This document shows, piece after piece, positions 36,037 through 46,275 of a stretch of 46,275 bases of DNA. The translations under genes were made by a program, and so were the position numbers. Numbering within the stretch: position 1 is the first letter of the stretch; each line of letters starts with the position of its first letter. A model generated the notes under the pieces. It was given only the letters and a program-made list of their open reading frames with translations. It was not told the origin of the DNA and ran no database searches. The stretch is from an uncultured Verrucomicrobiae bacterium (GTDB lineage: Bacteria > Verrucomicrobiota > Verrucomicrobiia > Chthoniobacterales > JAATET01). The stretch covers positions 1 to 46,275 of the forward strand of contig CAVRCI010000016.1 in NCBI GenBank assembly GCA_963719495.1, read 5' to 3'.

Positions 36037-39000
36037 TCTTGAATGCGCTGTATGTCCAACTCGTCCATGAGCCGGTCATAGAATGGCATAATTTTTTGAA
36101 TTGGAAACTCCCACGGTCCGCTATGAGTGTTTTCATACTCGAAGCTTGTCGATAGATCGATATTCTTCGCTATCGAACCGCTTGCGCTACCTTCGGCTCC
36201 AATTGCAAAAGTAGACGATTTCGATGCATATGCTAGAGACTCCTCCATTTGCGATAGAGGTCTGCCGGGACTCGAAACAAACTCCAGTCGAAGTTTATTC
36301 CCGCTAGCAGATCCCGGAGATACGAAAATATCCATGATACCCCTGAGGAGATTCATAAATCAGTTCCGGTTTGAATAAAGAATTGTTCAAAACCCACTTT
36401 TCAAGCGCATCATCAGACGTTAAATAGAAGTTGAAAAGCCTTCCGCTTACGGAAGATAGCTTGTCTTTGTAGGCAAGCGCTTTCGTTGGTGGATCAATGT
36501 CATTGTCTGGGCTGTTCCCGAACGACTGTTGCTGAATTCGGATCAGGATCATGAGCTCGCAGGAACGGCAGCATCAATGAGGGCGTAATTTGTAATGCTC
36601 GCTCCCTTCCTTAAGGCCGAACCCGCAACGATATTCCCCATGCTATGAGCAACTAGATTCTTTGTAAAATCTCCTGGAAGGGTTTCAATATACTGTTTCA
36701 GGCTTTCACAAAACCAGCACGGTATTCGCTCTCGTTGTAGGAATTCAAGCCAACGAGCGTTGGCCAATACAGAGCCGCAAACCGGCCTTTATACCCTCTC
36801 TGCCATAGGCGTTTGAACATGGTTTCCGCAAAAAAGGTTCTTGCGCTGTCATATGACGTCTTCCAGCCATGAACAAAAACGATGTATTCTTTTGATTCCG
36901 TCCAAGGGATTCAGGGGACTTCCCACTGGTTATTGAACGGGTCAAGCAAGGCCGACTCCCGGATCTGCCGGAGTAGTCGTTTTGCTGTGAGGAACTGGAA
37001 TGGCTCCTGTTGCCTTTGCTCTTTCATACATCTTCCTCACGTTTGCAATATGAGCCATACGCCAGGACTGGCCAATCTCCGATCCGTCAGGCTTGTGTAT
37101 CGTCATGACAAGCTGGCCCATCCCCTGCCGAGCTGCCTTCAAAAAGGAGATGCTCCAATGGGGTCGCTGATTCGCCTTGCGCTGCCGAATCGGGAAGGAT
37201 CAGGCGCTAGTTCCAGAGACGCTAACTAGCTTATTTGCGTAGCCGTTTTGAATCTGCTGTTGTCCTATTGTTTCGTCGGTCAAATATTCCGCCGATCCGT
37301 TAGAACTTGCTGACCTAAAGATATTTACCGCAGGAGTCGTTCCGTTGGTGTTCGTCCATTCGAAGCCAATTTTGAATTTCTTTTGTCGAACAAGCTCCTT
37401 CAATTCGCCGTAGTAGACATGAAGCCGCGTCAAGTCTTCCAGATCGCGAGTGCTGCTGATCGTTCCATCTTCGCAGTCTTTAATAGATGAGGGGACGCGT
37501 TCCCCCTCTGTGCCTGAATAGTTCTTGTCGTCGTCGTCGTTGATCCGAAAGCGAAATGGCTTCTCCTTCTGAAGTCCTGTCTTGGGGTTTGCCTGCGACT
37601 TCGCTTTCGCCAAAGTTTCCCGAAAATTTGATTACACCGTCTCTGTTGGCGTCGACTGCCATGTCAACAGGGATAAGGATATCAAGACTTCCTGAGTGGA
37701 AGTCGGATAATAGGACGGCTAACAGCAAGCCTTCATCGTTGTCGTCTACAACTACATTATCTCCCTCGCTATTAGTCAAGTCGGCCAAATAGAGAAAACG
37801 ACCGTTCCTCCAGAGAAGTCTACTAAACGTGAGATAATCGTCTAAATCGGCTATAGTTATGGCGCTTCCTTGCCTCGTGATTCTCCTCCAATTAAGATTC
37901 GATTCCGCATCGGACCAAATGGCCGGACGGTGCCGATACGAAGCCAATTCCCGTCAACAAGGATCTCTGAACCACCGATAACCGGCTGACGTAGGGGACT
38001 TTCGGTGAGTTGGTGGCCTGGCCAAGGTTCAAATTTCGGACCCGGCTCGAGTCGATTAACTTTCCGTGAAGACTATTAGGCGATGCATATGTTGATCCTG
38101 TTGGAAGCACGGATCCAGATGAGGTTGCGCTTATGATATTAAAGTCAATCCCAGATTCGGATTGGAGATACTGGGTCCATTACGAAAGTAAGCATTTCAT
38201 GCGAATCCCAAGTATTTACCTGTAGAACGGAACGCTGTATGAGAAGCGATCGCGCCATGCCTGACTTCGTAATTGGTGCTAGTTGTTTCCTGTGAATCGC
38301 GATACGTTGGGCGATTTTCACGGCTGGGATAAATTTGGCTCTTGAATGCGCTTGTGAAAACAAGATGCTCGCGGCGACAAATCCATTCGCAGAAGCGTGA
38401 CCCGACGTCTTGGTGCTATAATGGACTCGCTTCGTAGTAGGTGGGGCCAGATGGCACCGGAGCGAGGACTTTTGTATATACATGTCTGTCCACAATAGGA
38501 TGGGCGGGAGCCGGGGCGGTCTGGTGAACTATAGGTGGCAACGGTAAAACTGGTTCCAAATCATACTCGCCAAATTCATACTCGGATACAGATGCATCAT
38601 CGACCAGAATCCTCCCATCGTCGGCTAATACGGCAGAACGTATTCTCAGTTTTGACGACGTGAACTCAATATGACTATTTCCCTCAGGGGCGGTTGTTGT
38701 AGAGCCAAAGTCAACGGCAATGGTGTTATCAGAAACCTCGTTCCATCCAGAGACGGGGTCCCAGATTAGCAATTTGTTTTGAGGATTGTCACGGTGTCGA
38801 ACGCTCAGGACCCGACCGTCATTCCCTAGCGACAAAGGATAGTTCTCGTAAAATTCAATGTGGATCTGAAATCCGAATCGTTGCATATTTGGTCTCAGCT
38901 GTTCTGTTCCACTGGACTGCAGGATGGAAGGGTGCAGCTCGGCCATCCATTTTGCCATCCGCGTCCGTGTCACGAATGGTGGGATTTCCTCCTGAAATAT

Positions 39001-41402
39001 CTCATCCAACAAAACCAAATTATCTCCGATGCCTTCGTCATCGTCGCTGAAAGGGTCTGCCTCATTGGGGTCCAGGCCGTGATCCAGCCCCAACTGTCTG
39101 GTATGTTAATGTCCTTGGTAGATTTCTTGGTGGGATCGAGATTATAGGTGGCTTTTTCGCCATTGGTCATTCCGCCTGCAACGCTGAAGGAATTCCACCA
39201 GATTTTTCTTGCTGCAGGGTCGGTTGGGATTGCGTTGGCTGAGCCGGGGGGAAAGTAGCGGTTTTCCCAATCTGGGGGAATACCACCATTGGTCTGATGA
39301 GCGGTGAGCCTATTACTTTGGATTGCGTAGTTAGACGTGATTGTCGCGAGATTGAGTTCGTAGTTGAAAGTCTCGAGTTCGTCAATTTGGCCGGTGGCTC
39401 GCTCGCCGGTCCAGTAGTTGGTGCCGATGGTGAAGCCTTTTTCCCGGGCGGCTTTGGTCGGAAGGTAGGAGGGCGCTCCGGTCAATTTTAGATTTCCGTC
39501 AATGAAGAGTTTTGAAGCGGTCGGCGAGTAGGTGACGGTGATCTGATGCCATTCTCCCGCGGTCCACGTGAACGGGTTGGAGTATCCGCCGCCGGCGATG
39601 ATTGTGTTCGCTTCGTATCCGAAGACCGAAAACAGGATTTGGGAACCGGTTGGATCGTTCAGGTGAAGGCCCCAGAAACCGCCGTGGGCCTCGGGAGGCC
39701 AACCGCCGACCTCGAGAAGACGGGCCCAGGATAGCGGGCCTCCATCGGTCGCTCCTTCAGGCCGCGTTGTCCAATCGGGCCGATACCAGAATCGAATGGT
39801 TCCGCGGCGGAGGTTGATGTTGGCGGAGCCGTCGGCGTTGGTGTGGGCGAGGGTGAGGCGGGAGGCGACGCTGGGGAGGATGTCGAGGGCGCGGCCTTGG
39901 ATGCCGGGAACGGCGAGGGTGTTATTTTCGTTGAGGAGCGGGGGTTTGCCGGAATCGGAGAGGAAGCTCGAGGCGTTGAAGGTCCAGTGACCGAGCCGGA
40001 CAGGGTTGAAGACGGTCGAATCGAGTGGGTCGGGGTCGGCGTTGTCGGGGTTGCCGTCGTAGTCGGTGTCGGGGTCGTTGCGGTTGGTTCCGAGGGCGAG
40101 TTCCTGCTCGTTGGTGAGGCCGTCGTGATCGGGGTCGGCGTCGGCGACGATTTGGAGGGTGGCGATTTCCTCGGGGGACAGGGCGGCGTTGTAGATTCTA
40201 AGATCGTCGTATCCTGCGTGAATACCTTCGTAGAAGGCTTTGCCGATCGTGATTGGGCCGTTGTTGCCGACAATTGGCTCGGTGAAAACTTCGGACGAAT
40301 CGAACATCCCGTTGACGTAGAGTTCCAAACGATCGCTGCGCTTGACGTAGGCCACGTGGGACCATTCGCTGAAAGCGAGGTGGTTGGCGCTCTGCCAGAT
40401 TCCCAGGTTCGAGTTCGTGACCCCCGAGATTCGAGCGTGGATCTGGCTGGTATGAGGTGAAAGCCAAAGGGCGAACGTTCGTTGCCAGTCGCTGCCGCTT
40501 TTTCGGACCATCTCACGCCACAAACCTGTATTGTGTCCGAGGAGTTTGAACCAGAAGGTGACCGTGAAATCCGCACCGTCATCGCCGAGCACGAGGTCGG
40601 GGGCTTCGATCGTGGCACCGGCCTGGTTGTCGGAAAACTCGATGTATCGTCGCTCGTCTGGGTCCGTTCGCCATTGGTAGTTCCCGTGAAGCGTGCCCGG
40701 GTGCGGATTGGAAGCCTCGTCTTGAAACGTGTTGCCAAATCCTTCGTCGAACTGCCAGCGGCCGAGGAGGCGGAAATCGGGGCCGCCGTCGTAGTGGTTT
40801 GGGTCGGTGCTGTTGGTCCATTCCTCTTGGCTCGAATACTGGTCGAAATCGGGATTGCCGTTCGGGTCGATGCCGCGATCACCAAAGTGCTGGATTTCCC
40901 ACAGGTCCGGTAGACCGTTGCCGTCATAGTCGTAGGTGGTGACGTCGGGGACGATGAAGGCGTCGGGGGTGACAGATTCGAGGCGATCGGGGTTGCCGTC
41001 GGGCTTCAGGCCGTGGGTGGCGAAGGTGACGGTGAGGAGGTCGGTGGTGCCCGCGGCGGCGGTGAGGTCGCGCTGGATGGTGAAGTTGACTTTGCCGTCG
41101 GGGGTGGCGGGTGGGAGCGTGAGGGGGATGGGGTCGCCGTTTGGGGCGGGGGTGGTGGCGGAGTTGACGCGCCAGCCGTTGCCGGGGGTGGCCAGGATCG
41201 TGAAGGTGTGGGGAGTGGCGGAGAGGGTGGCGCGGCGATCCCAGATGAGGGCGGGGTTGGTGGTGGTGGCGCTGACGAAGCTGGGGTGGTAGGCGTTGGC
41301 GGTGCCTTTGGTGATGGTGGCGGCTTGGGTGGTGAGTGTGGTGGTGAAGATCGTTAGGATGAGGAGGGTGGCGAGGAAGGGTGGGCGGGTAGTGTATTGC
41401 GT
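36033..41402 (-). pseudogene. Large secreted protein: two LamG domains, TSP3-like DxDxDG repeats, C-terminal alpha/beta hydrolase; multiple frameshifts
   Basis: Open frame to 38970 with signal peptide (probable start reads ACG at 41402), LamG motifs (WSHVAYV…YDDLRIYN; WHQITVTY…IDELETFN) and DPDHDGLTNEQE. Downstream fragments: AVDANRDG, RINDDDD, FVHGW…FKRLWQRGYKGRF…YWPT, AHSMGN. Confidence 0.7.
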
Positions 41403-41638
41403 GGAGATTTGGTGGGAAAAATTTTGTTGGTTGGAGGCTTCGCGTTTGGGTTGATTCGGCAGCCGGAGCGAAGCGGAGACGGGCGAAGGCAATGGCAAAT
41501 CGCCGCTCCTTGAATGGATTCGGCTCTCTCGCTCCGCTCGACTTGCCTTTTGATGCGGCGGGACGCCGCATCTCGCACGCGGGGACGCGTGCGCTCCCCC
41601 GCTTCGGCGGCTGGAAGCCGCCGTTCCATGTATTAGCC

Positions 41639-43822
41639 TTACCATCTGGCTAGGTCCTCTTGGATGGTGGCTAGTTGGGTGGTCAGGACTTCATTTGGGT
41701 AGGAGGAGGTGGTCTTTCCGAGGTTTAGATTCGCGGCTAGGAGGTCGGCTCTGGCGGTGAGGTCGCGTTGCCAGCTTAGGCTGGGGCTTTCTCCCAGGGC
41801 CAAGTGGATGGCTTGGAGGTGGTGGGCGATGGGGCTGCCGGATTGGTGGTCGCGGAGGGCGAACCAGTAGTGGGCGTAGGCGCTGAGGGGGTGGGTGGGT
41901 GCCTGCGTGGCCAACCACTCTAAGTTTCGGAGGGCGGTGGGGAGGTCGCCGGCGTTGAGGGTGGCGAGGGCCTCGGGGACGCCGATGATGGCGAGGGCTT
42001 CGGGTGGGGTGGCGGGGTCGGTGAGGTGGCGGTCGACGAGCGTGGTGGCGGCGGTGGGGTCGCCCTGGACGCGGTAGGCGGTGGCGACGAGGGCGATGGC
42101 TTCCCAGAGGGCGGCTTGGGGGGACCAGAGCCAGAGTTTCTTTTTCTCCGGAATCGCCTCCCAGGCGGTGGTGATGGCGGCGAAACGACCAAAGTCACTC
42201 TGGCGGCGGAAGAGTTTGAAGGCGATGGTGGCGGCGTCGGCGGGGAGGGTGGCGGCTTGGAAGGCGCTGCGGGCGAGGCGTTCGCCGCGATTGAAGACCT
42301 CGTCGGCAGCGGTGGCGATCTCGGTGGGGGCCAGGGTCATCTGGCGGGCGAGGTCGAGGAGGAGTTCGTAGTCTTCGAGTTGGCGGGCGGCGTCGAGGAG
42401 GATCTGGCGCGTCCCCGCCAAGGCTTCGAGATTACCGGAGGCGACGACGGTGCGCAGCCATTCGAGTCGGGCGTAGAGTCGGAAGCGCTCGGGCACTTCG
42501 TTGCGGCGGGCGAGGCGATCGAAGAGTCGGGCGGCTTCGTCGGGATCCGCGTTCGCCTGCAAGGTGCGGGCGAGGGTCCAGGTGGCGCGGGACCAAGTGG
42601 CGTCGCCCGCGTTGTCGCGGACGATGCCCCGGAGGAGGGGGGTGGCGAGGTCGGGCTCCTTGGCCTCGATGCAGGCGGTGGCGAGGCCGAGGGCGAGTTC
42701 GTTCTGGGCCGCCGAGCCGTAGGTGGCGACGCCTTTGTCGAGGAGTCCGCGCAGCGCGGGACTTTTATTGTCGGCAAGTCGGGCGGCGACGATGGCCTTG
42801 GCGGCTCCGAGCCATTCCCGGGGGGCAAGATTGGGGACGTTGGCGAGATCGCTGGCGAGTCGGACGATCCGGCGGGTGGGTTCGCTGGCCTGGACGGCGG
42901 AGGCGAGCTTCATTTTAGCGAATTCGGCGGCGAGGATGTGTTGGGGATCTTCGCGGGGTCCGGGGTCCGTAAACTCTTTCCAATCGGGGTCTCCCGAATC
43001 GCGGAGGGCTCGGGCGATGACGAGGCGGGCGCGACCGCGCACGGTGGGGGTGGCTTGGGCAAGGCCACGGGCGAGTTGGCGGGAGATGTCCGCGATGCCG
43101 AGCGCGCGGGCGGCGGCAATGGCGATCGGCCAGGCGGAGAGGGTCTTGGCGCGGAAGTGTCCGATGGTGAGGGCTTCGCGGGAAAGATCGAGGGCGCGCT
43201 GGTGATCTTCGTTGATGAGGGAAATGCGGGCCAGCTCGATGCGGGCCCGGGTGGCGCCGTCGGGTTCGAGGCGAACGGATTCGATGTAGTAGAAAACGGC
43301 GGTGTCGGGTTCGCCTTCCTGCCAGAATTGTTGGCCGAGACGGAAGGCCACCACACTGGGGCGAGGTGGGCGGGCGTTGACGGTGACCGCGGAGCCGCGG
43401 CGGAGGGTGGCGGCGGCCTGGCCAGCGGCGGCTTCGTATTTCTTCCAACGCTGCTCGGCTTTCGCGAGGGTCTTGGTGGCGGCTGCCGTGGCCGAATCGA
43501 CTTCTACGGCTTGCAGGAGGGCGTGAACCTGGCCGAGGGCGGGGGAGAGCCAGGTGTCGCCGTCGGGGGGCGCGAGGTCCTCGGCTCGTTCGTAGGCGGT
43601 GGCGGCGGCGGCGAAGCGGCCTTGAGCGGATTCGGATTTGGCGGCGAGGGCGGCGACCTGGGAGCGGACTTCTGGTGAGCGGTCGGCGAGGGCGATGGCG
43701 TTGAGTTCGGCGAGGGCGGCCGCGGTGTCGTCGGTCGAGAGGGATTCGCTGGCCCGCCGAAGTCGGGCGGAAATCGACCGCCGGTCGGTGGGCGGCTCGC
43801 GGCGGGATTTGCGGTAGGTCAT
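41639..43822 (-). CDS. TPR/helical-repeat protein (727 aa)
   Basis: Ala/Leu-rich helical repeats (AFRLGQQFWQEGEPDTAVFYY, AYAHYWFAL); no catalytic motif recognised. Confidence 0.8.
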   Translation of the reverse strand: MTYRKSRREPPTDRRSISARLRRASESLSTDDTAAALAELNAIALADRSPEVRSQVAALAAKSESAQGRFAAAATAYERAEDLAPPDGDTWLSPALGQVHALLQAVEVDSATAAATKTLAKAEQRWKKYEAAAGQAAATLRRGSAVTVNARPPRPSVVAFRLGQQFWQEGEPDTAVFYYIESVRLEPDGATRARIELARISLINEDHQRALDLSREALTIGHFRAKTLSAWPIAIAAARALGIADISRQLARGLAQATPTVRGRARLVIARALRDSGDPDWKEFTDPGPREDPQHILAAEFAKMKLASAVQASEPTRRIVRLASDLANVPNLAPREWLGAAKAIVAARLADNKSPALRGLLDKGVATYGSAAQNELALGLATACIEAKEPDLATPLLRGIVRDNAGDATWSRATWTLARTLQANADPDEAARLFDRLARRNEVPERFRLYARLEWLRTVVASGNLEALAGTRQILLDAARQLEDYELLLDLARQMTLAPTEIATAADEVFNRGERLARSAFQAATLPADAATIAFKLFRRQSDFGRFAAITTAWEAIPEKKKLWLWSPQAALWEAIALVATAYRVQGDPTAATTLVDRHLTDPATPPEALAIIGVPEALATLNAGDLPTALRNLEWLATQAPTHPLSAYAHYWFALRDHQSGSPIAHHLQAIHLALGESPSLSWQRDLTARADLLAANLNLGKTTSSYPNEVLTTQLATIQEDLARW

Positions 43823-43925
43823 GGGGTGGGTCGGAAAGTGGACCCCGGGGCGCTTGCGCGCCCACGGGGAAGCCCGGCCCCCACTACCCTTTTTAGGGGT
43901 GTAAGCCAGGCAAAGGGGTGCGGAT

Positions 43926-44198
43926 CTACGTCATCGGGTCCTCGTAGATCTCGAAAGGGTGGCGGGTGCGGCTACTGGAAGCGTAGGCGGCTTCGGCGGA
44001 AGTGAAACGGGCTCGGCGACAGTAGTTAAGGAAGGCTGGGGAGCAGAGGTCCGGCGTCGTGGGGCGGATGCGGAATTGCCGGGAGGGAGCGGTCGCGGCG
44101 TCGGTGAAATCGTTGATTGGGAGGATGGGGACCGCGGCGAGTGGGGTGAGCAGGCCGAAGGCGGCAGCAGATCTCAGGAATTGCTTTCGCGTAACCAC
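43926..44198 (-). CDS. Small protein with Tat-like N-terminus (90 aa)
   Basis: TRKQFLRSAAAFGLL signal-like segment; Cys pair CSPAFLNYC; co-oriented upstream of the TPR gene. Confidence 0.65.
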   Translation of the reverse strand: MVTRKQFLRSAAAFGLLTPLAAVPILPINDFTDAATAPSRQFRIRPTTPDLCSPAFLNYCRRARFTSAEAAYASSSRTRHPFEIYEDPMT

Positions 44199-44370
44199 AA
44201 GTTGCGTTTTAGGCGTTTGTGGATGGGGGTCAATGGTTTTGGGATCAAGAAATGGAATCTCGGGGAATCCCCTAGTTTTGTTGATCGGCCTTGAACTTTG
44301 GCGTGTTTTTTTTGTTCATCTTTGTCCTTTCGCGAAGTTTTGGTTTGCCGCTTCGCGGTTCGGGTTGGTT

Positions 44371-44443
44371 CGGCGATTGCAAATCTCCGCTCCTTGATGT
44401 CGGTTTAATTGAATTCGGCGGCTGGAAGCCGCCGCTCCTTGAA
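44371..44443. repeat. GGAG-footed REP-like palindromes (hairpin + CTCCTTGA)
   Basis: CGGCGATTGCAAATCTCCGCTCCTTGA and CGGCGGCTGGAAGCCGCCGCTCCTTGAA. Related copies at 11710-11736, 26796-26823, 41488-41514, 41605-41623, 45343-45364, ~15831-15851 and 9162-9196. Confidence 0.8.
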
Positions 44444-44499
44444 ATGTCGCTTTTCTGAGGCTTGCGGGGGTTGACCGATTTGAGTTAGCTCGTTGGGTG

Positions 44500-45297
44500 A
44501 TGATTCGTAGGAGGATATTTTCCGGCGCTTTGACGATTTTGGGGCTCGCGGCGGGTGCGACGTCGGGTGACACGATTGGTTTTTTCTACGCGCTGGACGG
44601 GGACGTGGCGGCTCTACGGGCGGAGGCCGGGGGGAGCGGTGGGCGGACGGTGAAGGTCGGTGGCACTTCGGTGGAACTTCTCGACTTGGGCGATCATCGG
44701 GTGGTGGCGGCGAAGATGGGGGCGGGGGCCGTGACGACGGCGGTGACGGTGCAGGGGGTGCTGAGGAAGTATCCGTGCGATCTGGTGATTTCGGTCGGAC
44801 CCGTCGGGACCTTGGATGCGAAGGCGAAGGTGGGGGAGTGGTTTCGCGTGGAGCGGGTGGTGGCTTACCAGCGGGGGACGGAGGACGAAGGCGGTTTTTC
44901 GCTGGCGCGGGCGGCGACGTTCGAGCTGGCGGTGCCGGAGTGGGTGACTGGGCTGGGGGATTTGCCGCGGCTGGCGGTGGCAAGTGGGGAGATTTTCAGC
45001 GCTTCGGATTCGTTTCGCGATGCGTTGCGGGAGCGGACCGGGGCGGGGGCGATTGACATGAATCTCTTTGGCCTCGCCGTGGCGTGCGGCGCGAATGAGG
45101 TGCCGATGTTGGCTCTTCGGGTGGTGAGCGATCGGGCCGGGGATGACGCGGGGGCGGAGTTCGGGCGTTTCTCGCGCGACTACGACGGCGAAGGGGGGCG
45201 GTTGGCCGCGGGGGTGATTCGGGGGTTGGCGCGGAATCCCGAGCGGCCGGGGAGTTACGAAGGGTTGCGGGAGGTGCTGGGGGAAACGGAAGAGTGA
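44500..45297 (+). CDS. Exported MTA/SAH-nucleosidase-like (PNP_UDP_1 fold) protein
   Basis: AAKMGAGAV, LVISVGPVGTL, VASGEIF, AIDMN, LRVVSD; N-terminal signal-like MIRRRIFSGALTILGLAAGA. Confidence 0.78.
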   Translation: MIRRRIFSGALTILGLAAGATSGDTIGFFYALDGDVAALRAEAGGSGGRTVKVGGTSVELLDLGDHRVVAAKMGAGAVTTAVTVQGVLRKYPCDLVISVGPVGTLDAKAKVGEWFRVERVVAYQRGTEDEGGFSLARAATFELAVPEWVTGLGDLPRLAVASGEIFSASDSFRDALRERTGAGAIDMNLFGLAVACGANEVPMLALRVVSDRAGDDAGAEFGRFSRDYDGEGGRLAAGVIRGLARNPERPGSYEGLREVLGETEE

Positions 45298-45376
45298 CGC
45301 TTCGCGTTCGGGGTGGGGTTGCTAGGCAGGATGCCTTGCCCAACAGGCTGGAAGCCTGTGCTCCCCACTTGAAAGA

Positions 45377-46275
45377 TCAGAACAGAACGGGTTGGCCTTC
45401 GGTGAGGACGTGGACTTTTGGGAGGATGCCGAGCTTTTTGGCGGCTTCGCAGAGGCGTTCGGGGGGTTCGGTGGGGGGTTCGTAGCTGAGGCGAAACGTG
45501 CCGTAGTGCATGGGGATGAGGGTGCGGGCTCTCAGCTCCTGGAACGCTTGGACGGCCTGTTCGGGGTTCATGTGGACGTCGCGTTTGCTGGGGGCCTCGT
45601 AGGCTCCGATGGGGAGGAGGGCGATCTCGACGTTGTGGCGGTCGGCGATTTTTTCGAAAAATCCGGGGACGTAGGCGCTGTCGCCGGCGTGGAGGATGGA
45701 GCGGCCGCCGACTTCGATGAGGAAGCCGCCGAAGCCGCGGTGGACGTCGTGGAGGACGCGGGCGCCCCAGTGGTAGGCGGGGGTGAGGGTGACGCGGACG
45801 TCTTCGTGCTCGATGGATTCCCAGACGGGAAGCTCGTGGACGACGTGAAAGCCGAGGTTCTTGACGAGGCTGCCGACGTTTTCGGGGACGACGATGGGTT
45901 GTTGGTCGGCGACGGCGCGGAGGGTTTTTTTGTCGAGGTGGTCGAAGTGGGCGTGGGTGACGAGGACGAGGTCGATGTCGGGGAGGTCGTGGAGCTCGAG
46001 GCCGGGCTGCTTGATGCGCTTGATGACTTTGAGCCACTTGGCCCAGTTTGGGTCGATGAGGATGGACGTGCGGGCGGTCTGGATGAGGAAGGAGGCGTGG
46101 CCGGTCCAGGTGATGCAGATCTGATTTTCGCCGATCGGGGGGAAGTCGGGCTTGAGGTTCGATCCGTTGCGGCGGGTGAAGAGGGAGGGGATGAGGACCT
46201 CGGCGAGGAAGTTGCGTTTGTGCCAGCCGCTGCCGGGCTTCATCGTGATGTGGTGCTCGGGGCGGCGGCGCTCGC
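45377..46275 (-). CDS. Metallo-beta-lactamase-fold hydrolase (NAPE-PLD/UlaG-like), probably 5'-truncated by the window edge
   Basis: WTGHASFL, THAHFDH, HAGDSAY, LPIGAY, HMNPEQA, PMHYGTF; the frame stays open to the window end. Confidence 0.9.
   Translation of the reverse strand, partial: ERRRPEHHITMKPGSGWHKRNFLAEVLIPSLFTRRNGSNLKPDFPPIGENQICITWTGHASFLIQTARTSILIDPNWAKWLKVIKRIKQPGLELHDLPDIDLVLVTHAHFDHLDKKTLRAVADQQPIVVPENVGSLVKNLGFHVVHELPVWESIEHEDVRVTLTPAYHWGARVLHDVHRGFGGFLIEVGGRSILHAGDSAYVPGFFEKIADRHNVEIALLPIGAYEAPSKRDVHMNPEQAVQAFQELRARTLIPMHYGTFRLSYEPPTEPPERLCEAAKKLGILPKVHVLTEGQPVLF

Noticed and set aside
43843..43869. GGGCGC-TTGC-GCGCCC hairpin resembling the CRISPR repeat stem
   Set aside because: Lacks GTCG and ATTGAAAC ends on either strand; more likely an ordinary intergenic hairpin.

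Overview
High-GC bacterial chromosomal window; the protein families and repeat types suggest Verrucomicrobia/PVC (inference). Positions 1-11.6 kb hold a type I-C CRISPR-Cas locus on the minus strand: cas3 (1-nt frameshift), cas5d, cas8c, cas7c, two uncharacterised genes, cas4, cas1, cas2, leader and a 14-repeat array. A FitA/VapC-type toxin-antitoxin pair sits antisense between cas3 and cas5. Directly after the toxin is a solitary repeat-spacer-hairpin unit (9093-9196) with an intact type I-C 5' handle. Its 34-nt spacer partially matches a TTC-PAM-flanked site (8634-8651) between antitoxin and toxin. This candidate crRNA-like regulatory circuit is the main finding. The middle of the window is housekeeping: uvrA, GH46 chitosanase, M20 peptidase, smc, treS-maltokinase, nadB, panC and secG, plus an intact IS1182 element and many REP-like palindromes. 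Repeat-derived DNA is inserted in frame in both uvrA and smc. From 32.6 to 45.3 kb lie ~530-bp direct repeats with TGACCCC stutter junctions around a decayed ISKra4/ISLre2-like element. These are followed by a mosaic, frameshifted LamG + alpha/beta-hydrolase gene with a coupled immunity-like gene, a TPR protein, a small Tat-like protein and a secreted nucleosidase-like protein. Many single-base frameshifts may be assembly errors. No database searches were possible.
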